Positions 47,842-54,268 of a stretch of DNA of 54,268 bases are shown here, one piece after another. A program made the translations under genes and the position numbers. Numbering within the stretch: the first letter of the stretch is position 1; every line of letters begins with the position of its first letter. The notes under the pieces were generated by a model. That model did not search any database. It was not told where the DNA came from and saw only the letters and a list, made by a program, of their open reading frames with translations. Source of the DNA: a virus (taxonomy: Duplodnaviria > Caudoviricetes); the IMG/VR virus record IMGVR_UViG_3300004153_000002, positions 1-54,268 of that record. One strand, written 5' to 3'.

Positions 47842-49483
47842 GTTATTTATACTTGCACTTCTATTCCCTGTAATATCAAGTGCACAAAACGTAAGGACTT
47901 CATTTAGCCCTCTTAATAATAAATGGAAAGGGCTACATCAGGGTGATTTTGTAGAGGGAAAGCCTATTATGAGATTCGGCACTCTCCCCCTTAAAGGGTC
48001 TATTGCCGCTTCATTATTAACGCTCACTTTTAACTACAACGATAGCACGTTAATTAAGAATCCACGCTTGGTAGGTTTAGGAAGTTCTACATTAGCAGGG
48101 GTTCAACCCACAGGATCTAGCTCCTACCCCTCTGTAATACAAGCGCGATTTTCAACAAATGGATATACCCTTTCATTTTGGAATTATTCTTTAGGTGGTC
48201 AAACATCCGCACCTATAAGGCCAATGTCAGATGGGGGCACGGCTGGCGTAAGTGTAGATGATGCACTATCTCAGTCACCGGGAATTATACTTCTGGATGA
48301 ACCTACAAACTGGGTCGCAAGTTACGACACTGCCACCCAGGCCAGTTACTGGAAATTAATATTTAGATATGCTTGGACCCGTGGCGCTATAGTAGTAGTA
48401 AATGGATCTCGACCACGTTCAAATTACAATTCCGATCCTACACACTCATCACGCCTTTGGAATTTTCGCAGAACGATAGCCTTGGATGATACATTAAGAG
48501 TGATAGCAAATAACGACTATATGAGTTTCCTGCAATACGGAACAGTAGCCAGGATGGACACAACTATAGCTTATAGTGACAGTGTACACATGACGGCTCC
48601 TGGTATTGTAAGGCTGGAAAATGATCAGTGGCAGTTTTGGAAGAAATCATTTTTCGTGCCTGTAACTGCGTTTAAGACATACGTTGTTTATTCTTCAACT
48701 GACAGTACAACATGGTCATATTTTGATAGTACTTCTACTGGGAATTTAGCAGTTAAATCTTATACCGCACCGGTTGCAGCAACATGGTATAGGGTCTTTG
48801 GACGATACAAAGACAACTCAGTTACCCCTAACAGTATAATCAAGATAACGCCTGTCTCTGTTGATTCTGTGGCGGCTCAATTCAATTTTAATGCTACAGC
48901 ACAAGGCGTAACAGGATGGACAGATGTTAGCGGGGACCCGCATTTAACCGTTATTACCGCTACTGATAGCAGACGCAGTATAAGCGTGTCTTCTGTGTCC
49001 ACAACGAAGTGGAATCCTAACGGCAACAACTCAGTAAATAGTGGTGGTGCTACAGCCGGTAATCCTTCTTTTATATTTGGAAGTACGGTTACTGCTTCGT
49101 ATTGGTTCAACAATGGACTGAAGACCACAAGCGCCCCTTATGACTTCACTTATGCAGCGAATGGATACAATGTTCTTATAAGCGGCTTAACTCCTGGGAC
49201 CCCATATAAATTAGAGTTTCTAGGGAGTAGGCTTACTTCACAAGTAGCGGCAACCGATAGGCAAGCAGGATATTGGGTCACTGATGCGAATGGCACTACG
49301 AATACAACTCTTAATGTAAAAGGCAATACAGCAAATGTTGCTACATTCACTTATCAGGTAGCAGACGGGTCAGGTAGATTGTTTGTAGGCATATATTGCC
49401 CTGTAGGGGGAAATAGTACTAATACTTATCAGTATGGATATCTAAATGGATTAAGGATAACTATACAATCTTTTCCTAATTAA
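47816..49483 (+). CDS. SGNH/GDSL-like esterase with C-terminal beta domain and a signal peptide
   Basis: LFILALLFPVISSA|Q; block I GLGSST, block II LGG, block III TN, block V DSVH. Confidence 0.7.
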   Translation: MVRTGTVIKLFILALLFPVISSAQNVRTSFSPLNNKWKGLHQGDFVEGKPIMRFGTLPLKGSIAASLLTLTFNYNDSTLIKNPRLVGLGSSTLAGVQPTGSSSYPSVIQARFSTNGYTLSFWNYSLGGQTSAPIRPMSDGGTAGVSVDDALSQSPGIILLDEPTNWVASYDTATQASYWKLIFRYAWTRGAIVVVNGSRPRSNYNSDPTHSSRLWNFRRTIALDDTLRVIANNDYMSFLQYGTVARMDTTIAYSDSVHMTAPGIVRLENDQWQFWKKSFFVPVTAFKTYVVYSSTDSTTWSYFDSTSTGNLAVKSYTAPVAATWYRVFGRYKDNSVTPNSIIKITPVSVDSVAAQFNFNATAQGVTGWTDVSGDPHLTVITATDSRRSISVSSVSTTKWNPNGNNSVNSGGATAGNPSFIFGSTVTASYWFNNGLKTTSAPYDFTYAANGYNVLISGLTPGTPYKLEFLGSRLTSQVAATDRQAGYWVTDANGTTNTTLNVKGNTANVATFTYQVADGSGRLFVGIYCPVGGNSTNTYQYGYLNGLRITIQSFPN

Positions 49484-49512
49484 TACCTATCCTTTCATAT
49501 AAAAAAACAAAA

Positions 49513-49860
49513 ATGAAAAAAATCGTAGACTTTATCATCCACAATGGCGCCGACATACTGGCCCGCTTTACAACCAAGTCACCCACGTTGTTTAAAAACC
49601 TGCAAAAGGTGTTCGGTATTTTGGCAACGGTTGCGGGAGCTGCATTGTTTTTAATTGACCACGGAGTGTGGAATCCCTCTTTTGCCCCGCTTGTAGTTGA
49701 GTACGGCGGCTACCTGATAGCTATTGCGACCACTGTGTTCGGTGTGAGTGCCTTACCTGTGAAAGATGTAGCAGCGAAGGAAGAGAAGAAGGAAGCCATT
49801 AAAGCGGCTGTAGTAGGCGACCGCCCGCCACCACGTCAAAGGAATATCGATGAACAATAA
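49513..49860 (+). CDS. Holin-like membrane protein
   Basis: Two TM helices, charged C-terminus, start of lysis region. Confidence 0.6.
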   Translation: MKKIVDFIIHNGADILARFTTKSPTLFKNLQKVFGILATVAGAALFLIDHGVWNPSFAPLVVEYGGYLIAIATTVFGVSALPVKDVAAKEEKKEAIKAAVVGDRPPPRQRNIDEQ

Positions 49861-50377
49861 GACAAACAACATCCTGGCAATAGCCGGATTAACATCATCC
49901 CTGGCAGCTTACCAATTATGGAAGCTGCTATGGGATGATTTTTGCTATCAGGCATTAGGGATGGCTTTGTTATTCCTGTTCGCTTTGTGTTATAATTTGG
50001 GGAAACAAATATTTTGGGTAAGGAAAACAATGTTGATCGGTTTAGGAATCAGCCTTTACAATCTGTTTGATGAATGGTTTTTAAGTCCTATGCACTGTTA
50101 TAAAATGGAATATTATAACTTCGGTTTGATCGTATTTTTTATTTTTTTGCCTGAAATTCTGGTACTTTTACGACATATTCAAACCGTATTCCTAGACTGC
50201 TACTGGAAAGTACAGTTATACACTGCATTAAAAACCCTCGTAAATGGATCTGACCCTCATAACAAGGTTATTCAATACCATGAAAAACAAAAAAGGTGGT
50301 TGGGGCGTGGCATTAGCCGCAACTTCTCTTTTAATTTCATGTTTCGTTTCACGCATAAAAGAAAACAGAAAAGATAA
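49850..50377 (+). CDS. Multi-pass membrane protein (lysis region)
   Basis: About 4 hydrophobic segments. Confidence 0.55.
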   Translation: MNNKTNNILAIAGLTSSLAAYQLWKLLWDDFCYQALGMALLFLFALCYNLGKQIFWVRKTMLIGLGISLYNLFDEWFLSPMHCYKMEYYNFGLIVFFIFLPEILVLLRHIQTVFLDCYWKVQLYTALKTLVNGSDPHNKVIQYHEKQKRWLGRGISRNFSFNFMFRFTHKRKQKR

Positions 50378-50549
50378 GGACGAGGCAAAGATCGAAGCAA
50401 AGGAATATCGTCAGATATTGATTGAAGAACTAAGAAAGGATTTTAACGCTAGTGCAGCCCCTTTGAAGGAACAAGTTAAACAATATCAAAAGGCAGTGGA
50501 TACTTTAAATAATAAAGTAGATACTATCACACAAAACAGTAAATTATGA
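50244..50549 (+). CDS. TM plus coiled-coil protein (holin/spanin-like)
   Basis: N-terminal hydrophobic helix then coiled coil; ATGA-coupled to next gene. Confidence 0.55.
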   Translation: MDLTLITRLFNTMKNKKGGWGVALAATSLLISCFVSRIKENRKDKDEAKIEAKEYRQILIEELRKDFNASAAPLKEQVKQYQKAVDTLNNKVDTITQNSKL

Positions 50550-50926
50550 AACAGATATTCGGCGCTCTTTTTTTTGTTGTGGTTACTTCAACCAGCTTCA
50601 GTAATGGTCCGTGTATTACATGCATTGATACCATACCTACTGATTCAGAAATGATCATTAAGGTTTATAAAGAAGCTGCGGCGCCGCTTATAGACTCTAT
50701 TCGACGGGACCTTGCAGCTGAAATAGACGAAACGAAACATAAACAGGACAGTTTGGCACTAGTTGTTGATTCGATATATCAGGAAACTTTTAAGAAGGAA
50801 GTGACGCTTTTGATAGACAAGTGGGTGGACGAAAAAGGAAAGGCGGTTCGCTACTTTTGGAAATATTTTTTGTATCCCAACGGGGATACGTTATTTTCAC
50901 GTACAATACCAAAAATACCTAAATGA
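50546..50926 (+). CDS. Exported/membrane-anchored lysis-region protein
   Basis: N-terminal signal-like segment; coiled coil. Confidence 0.6.
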   Translation: MKQIFGALFFVVVTSTSFSNGPCITCIDTIPTDSEMIIKVYKEAAAPLIDSIRRDLAAEIDETKHKQDSLALVVDSIYQETFKKEVTLLIDKWVDEKGKAVRYFWKYFLYPNGDTLFSRTIPKIPK

Positions 50927-51513
50927 AACGTTTATTATTAACAACCTGCATCGCCATCCTGTTCGTGTCGTGTATGACCGAAAAAAAAGCAGTCAATTAC
51001 CTCACAGACCATGGAAAATTACCGGCAATTTGTGCCACTGCGTTCCCCTCTATCGACTCGGTAGGGGATTTATTTTTTTTGCCGGACAGTAGTTCCCCTA
51101 TCAATATCGACCATACAGCCGATTTAAGCACTTTAGAACTACGGGGGGATAGTTTACTTGCATTACTGGCCGAAAAGAGAAAAGAGGCGTCCGCCATTAG
51201 CAATGATTGTGCTGATGTGGTGTTATCCTTCATGCGACAGGTGGATTCACTGCAACGATCGATCAAAACCCTACGCAATGCCTACAAACCACCGAAATCG
51301 GATACCGTCACCGGCATATTACCGCACTACAACTTAAATCCGCCTGAACTGGCAGCATGTCAAATCGCATTGAACGATCAAAAGTCAATGGCTGACAAGG
51401 CAACAACTGAACGGGACGTTTACAAACAGTTGTTTTATTATGCCCTGGCAATAGTGATTGGGCTGATAATTATATTCTCACTTATTGTATTTCTTAAATT
51501 TGTAAAAAAATAA
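50923..51513 (+). CDS. Lipoprotein with C-terminal TM helix (unimolecular-spanin architecture)
   Basis: Lipobox FVSC at residue 17; C-terminal LFYYALAIVIGLIIIFSLIVFL-KFVKK. Confidence 0.65.
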   Translation: MKRLLLTTCIAILFVSCMTEKKAVNYLTDHGKLPAICATAFPSIDSVGDLFFLPDSSSPINIDHTADLSTLELRGDSLLALLAEKRKEASAISNDCADVVLSFMRQVDSLQRSIKTLRNAYKPPKSDTVTGILPHYNLNPPELAACQIALNDQKSMADKATTERDVYKQLFYYALAIVIGLIIIFSLIVFLKFVKK

Positions 51514-51517
51514 ACAT

Positions 51518-52042
51518 ATGATACCTAAAAAATACGAATGGCTTAATAACGAGCCCGGACCGAAAATGTTACTTGCTGCATTATCCCTGTTCGGGGTGGC
51601 TGAGATACCTGGCAAAAGGAACAACCCTGTCATCCTTGATTGGGCTAAACAGTTGAAAGTGGATAATATCTACACAGCTGATGAAATAGCCTGGTGTGGT
51701 TTGTTTATGGCCATTGTGGCGACCGCTGGTGAAAAGGTAATACCGCAGCAGTTCCTTTGGGCGCTTAACTGGACTAAGTTCGGCGTACCAGTTCAGGTTG
51801 CCATGTTAGGTGACGTACTGGTATTTAAACGTGAATCAGGTGGCCACGTTGGGCTATACGTTGGAGAAGATAAAGGATATTACCATGTATTAGGTGGTAA
51901 CCAGGGCGATTGCGTAAGCATAACTCGGGTAGCTAAATACAGGCTGGCAGGTATCCGTCGTCCTAAATATATTAATCAGCCTGACAATGTACGTGTGATC
52001 CAAATGGGTGCTGATGGCGTCATTTCTACTAACGAACAGTAG
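51518..52042 (+). CDS. Endolysin, TIGR02594 (NlpC/P60-CHAP-like) family
   Basis: GVAEIPG..NNPVI, DEIAWCGLF, GHVG, VLGGNQ. Confidence 0.88.
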   Translation: MIPKKYEWLNNEPGPKMLLAALSLFGVAEIPGKRNNPVILDWAKQLKVDNIYTADEIAWCGLFMAIVATAGEKVIPQQFLWALNWTKFGVPVQVAMLGDVLVFKRESGGHVGLYVGEDKGYYHVLGGNQGDCVSITRVAKYRLAGIRRPKYINQPDNVRVIQMGADGVISTNEQ

Positions 52043-52064
52043 AATAGGTGTAGGTTATTAAAAT

Positions 52065-52095
52065 GGTCCCTGGTATCAACCAGGGATTTTTTTTT
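52065..52095 (+). terminator. Intrinsic terminator ending the late operon
   Basis: GGTCCCTGGT-ATCA-ACCAGGGATT plus long T-run. Confidence 0.85.
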
Positions 52096-52112
52096 GTTTT
52101 AATAAAAATAAA

Positions 52113-52144
52113 TTTGGTTCGCATTTACGAACCACATATCTTCG
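52113..52144 (+). promoter_or_regulatory. Operator-containing promoter P6
   Basis: TTTG-N20-TATCTTCG; palindrome GGTTCGCATTTACGAACC. Confidence 0.8.
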
Positions 52145-52173
52145 CTCTATCAACAACAGCAAAAACAAAAAAA

Positions 52174-52380
52174 ATGAAAAATATTTTCGCTCCAATCGCT
52201 TTAGACACACAGGTTCCAACAGCTGAAAGCATTGACAAAGCTTTTAAATTGGGTTCAGAAAGCAGGAAAGACGGATTGACATCTATTATACAGAACAGCA
52301 GCTTCCTTGATTTGCTTACCCTGCACGGTGGGCACATTGAACCATTAGTTGCTGGATTTAACAAGGGATACAGGTCATAA
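52174..52380 (+). CDS. Hypothetical early protein
   Basis: ATG after P6 leader. Confidence 0.65.
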   Translation: MKNIFAPIALDTQVPTAESIDKAFKLGSESRKDGLTSIIQNSSFLDLLTLHGGHIEPLVAGFNKGYRS

Positions 52381-52388
52381 AAAATAAA

Positions 52389-52420
52389 TTTGGTTCGTAT
52401 TTACGAACTACATACTTTTA
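52389..52420 (+). promoter_or_regulatory. Operator-containing promoter P7
   Basis: TTTG-N20-TACTTTTA; GGTTCGTATTTACGAACT. Confidence 0.8.
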
Positions 52421-52440
52421 CAGAATCAACAACAGGCAAA

Positions 52441-52869
52441 ATGCTTCATCAAGAAATAAACATTTCACTTCGTCAATCTGCGAACTTACAACAACTTGCA
52501 GAGTATTTGCTTCAACCAGGTATCCAAGAAGTTTTTGACATGACGACCTATGTAAAAGGTGGCGGTAGTCCATGTAATCACGACCATGCAGGCGTGGCAG
52601 ATGCAATAGGGCATGGACCACGTGCAGGTATCGAACCGTTGTTTGGTGAAGAATGGATGCAGTATGTTGAACGGTGCTTCACCGGTATAGATCCTGATTG
52701 GTGTATGTTCAATTTCTTGTTCGCTCAGGAGTGGGCAGAGTTCGATAATACACCCGAAGGTGTAGCAGCCCGCATCGCTTATGTGCTGAGCAATGGTTGT
52801 CCCTGGTTAGGCAGTGAATTTCTCTTCTTACCGGAACAAGTAACTGAACTGGTAAGTCTTTATAAATAA
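52441..52869 (+). CDS. Hypothetical early protein (FDM...AIGHGP...FLF...DNT type)
   Basis: ATG after P7 leader. Confidence 0.7.
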   Translation: MLHQEINISLRQSANLQQLAEYLLQPGIQEVFDMTTYVKGGGSPCNHDHAGVADAIGHGPRAGIEPLFGEEWMQYVERCFTGIDPDWCMFNFLFAQEWAEFDNTPEGVAARIAYVLSNGCPWLGSEFLFLPEQVTELVSLYK

Positions 52870-52926
52870 CTGTATGTCCGAATGCTGAAACGATTAGTAC
52901 TAATCAAGTAAGCGGCCGGTATACAT

Positions 52927-53063
52927 GCGGTGGTGGTGAAACTGGCAAACACAGTGTGATCGTATGCACACTGAAGCATTTTAATACATGCGCATGTATT
53001 AAAATTCGATCCCTGCAAAGGATAGTTCGCTTCTTCCCTGTTCGACTCGGGGCCACCGCACCA
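52927..53063 (+). tRNA. Atypical tRNA-Leu-like RNA with 8-nt anticodon loop and 64-nt branched variable region, encoded CCA
   Basis: Acceptor GCGGTGG/CCACCGC-A-CCA, D-arm GTG-AAACTGGCAAA-CAC, T-arm CCCTG-TTCGACT-CGGGG. Confidence 0.75.
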
Positions 53064-53166
53064 GCCGGATAAAAACACATAACATGCCTGTAACCGTTCT
53101 GTTGGTATGTATTGGCCTTTATGGGCACTGAAAAATACAATGTTCGGCTGAACAAGTCAGCCACCT

Positions 53167-53280
53167 GGCAGGGTAGCTTAGACGGTATGTATGAAGAATA
53201 CATTACAAGCGGTGGAGGCATACTCTATGACATGTTACTTAGCGGTGCATTTTAGGCGGGTTCGATTCCCCCACCTGCCA
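53167..53280 (+). ncRNA. Second tRNA-like RNA with a hairpin inserted in the D-loop and a long variable arm
   Basis: GGCAGG/CCTGCC acceptor, TA-GCTT...AAGC D-stem, GGG-TTCGATT-CCC T-arm. Confidence 0.6.
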
Positions 53281-53305
53281 CGAATCAAAACCAATATTAT
53301 CAATT

Positions 53306-53590
53306 ATGACTACATTAACAACGGCGGAGTACGCCGAACTTAGCGGCATCACACAACGGGCTGTTCAAAAGTCTGTTAAAAAGTGTGTTGACCAGCACCG
53401 GGAAGAAAGAAAAATCCCGCCTGATAAACAGGTGACCGTTACCAAAATAGACAACAAAGCCCTTGTAGCTATTGAGAAGATTGAGTTCTTCGGCAAAACG
53501 GCACAACTGGTAATGGAAAAGGATTACAAAAGGAAGATTGCAAAATCTATTCCCGATCGTTTGAAAAAAGTAAGATCTAAAGTAAAATAG
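53306..53590 (+). CDS. Helix-turn-helix DNA-binding protein (excisionase/MerR-like HTH)
   Basis: LTTAEYAELSGITQRAVQKSVKK. Confidence 0.75.
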   Translation: MTTLTTAEYAELSGITQRAVQKSVKKCVDQHREERKIPPDKQVTVTKIDNKALVAIEKIEFFGKTAQLVMEKDYKRKIAKSIPDRLKKVRSKVK

Positions 53591-53592
53591 AA

Positions 53593-54099
53593 ATGACAAC
53601 CATCTTGACAGAACTTCATACAGCAACACCTGAGAAACTTCAGTTTGAAATCAAACGTTTAAAACGAAATTTAGCTGTAGTGAACAGTAAATTAAAAGAT
53701 CGTCAAATTGAAATAAAATTGATGCAGGATGAAGTTAAGAAAATTAAAAAAACCTTCGCCATCGACGCTTCAGGTGTTGAAAATCCGAATTACGAAAAGG
53801 TGGTTAACATAGCTATTAGAAAACAAGATACTATCGAAGATCTTCGCCGTTCACATAAAGCTGAACTTTCATCAATTACCACCAGACACAAAAAAGCGCT
53901 TAAACACGCCCACATGATCATAAAAGACGCTTACGATCACGGCTTCCGTAGATCATCGTTTTTAGCTGATCCTGGCAGCGTTAGAAAGCGTCCTTTTACA
54001 TTGAAGGAACTACAGGTGTATTATTTGGGTGCTGAATGCCATTGTTCAGACTGCGAACAGCACTTTGATGAATGTACCTGCGTTAAAACAATTGAGTAA
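53593..54099 (+). CDS. Coiled-coil protein with C-terminal Cys cluster
   Basis: Heptad pattern; CHCSDC...CTC. Confidence 0.7.
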   Translation: MTTILTELHTATPEKLQFEIKRLKRNLAVVNSKLKDRQIEIKLMQDEVKKIKKTFAIDASGVENPNYEKVVNIAIRKQDTIEDLRRSHKAELSSITTRHKKALKHAHMIIKDAYDHGFRRSSFLADPGSVRKRPFTLKELQVYYLGAECHCSDCEQHFDECTCVKTIE

Positions 54100-54130
54100 A
54101 TCCAACAAACCCCCAATTAAAAACACGAAA

Positions 54131-54268
54131 ATGGAATCAATGTTGAATAAGTCGAATAAAGACCTGCGGTACATCATCCGGTGGACAGATTTGAAACAGG
54201 TTGCAGGAGAACAGCTTTTAAAGCAGTCTCCGTCGAATGAAGACCTGCGGTACATCATTGAGTATACA
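54131..54268 (+). CDS. 5' part of the 27-aa-repeat protein, continuing at base 1
   Basis: MESMLNKSNKDLRYIIRWTDLKQVAGEQLLKQSPSNEDLRYIIEYT; open to the contig end. Confidence 0.8.
   Translation, partial: MESMLNKSNKDLRYIIRWTDLKQVAGEQLLKQSPSNEDLRYIIEYT
54209..54268 (+). repeat. Terminal near-direct repeat, right copy
   Basis: 59/60 identical to 1-60. Confidence 0.95.

Noticed and set aside
20467-52409. Palindromic repeats as a CRISPR array or attC-type sites
   Set aside because: Copies are dispersed at irregular distances, always in promoter geometry; no cas or integrase genes seen
53064-53165. Theta/HDV-like, hammerhead or twister ribozyme after the tRNA CCA
   Set aside because: A P1-like helix exists but I could not place P3/L3 or the CTGAnGA/GAAA cores
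1-54268. Stop-codon reassignment
   Set aside because: Long genes are intact in the standard code and TAG, TGA and TAA all end genes at sensible boundaries

Overview
A near-complete, circularly permuted tailed-phage (siphovirus-type) genome of about 54.2 kb, with every credible gene on the + strand. The host is inferred to be a Bacteroidota, from TTTG-N20-TAnnTTTG promoters, A-rich leaders and Q-rule signal peptides. Gene order: early and recombination/replication genes (SMC-like ATPase, PD-(D/E)xK nuclease, DEDDh exonuclease, SSB, SNF2-like helicase, VRR-NUC, MmcB-like, two tandem Prim-Pol genes); iteron origin A; an LpxA-like acyltransferase and two glycosyltransferases interleaved with terminase, portal and gp7; an 11.9 kb island of small genes splitting the head module; capsid and tail; an inverted second iteron origin B; tail fibres including two signal-peptide proteins; lysis genes; and an early region with a structured RNA cluster. 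I recognised no integrase, CI-type repressor, replicative DNA polymerase, reverse transcriptase or CRISPR array. Most unusual features: (1) two tRNA-like RNAs with large insertions; (2) an 8-copy palindromic operator, 7 copies embedded in promoters, plus a candidate ~95-nt antisense sRNA complementary to the shared 5' leader of those transcripts; (3) two homologous inverted origins; (4) signal-peptide-bearing tail-region proteins and a glycosylation/acylation set. All functional calls come from motif recognition by eye; no database searches were run.
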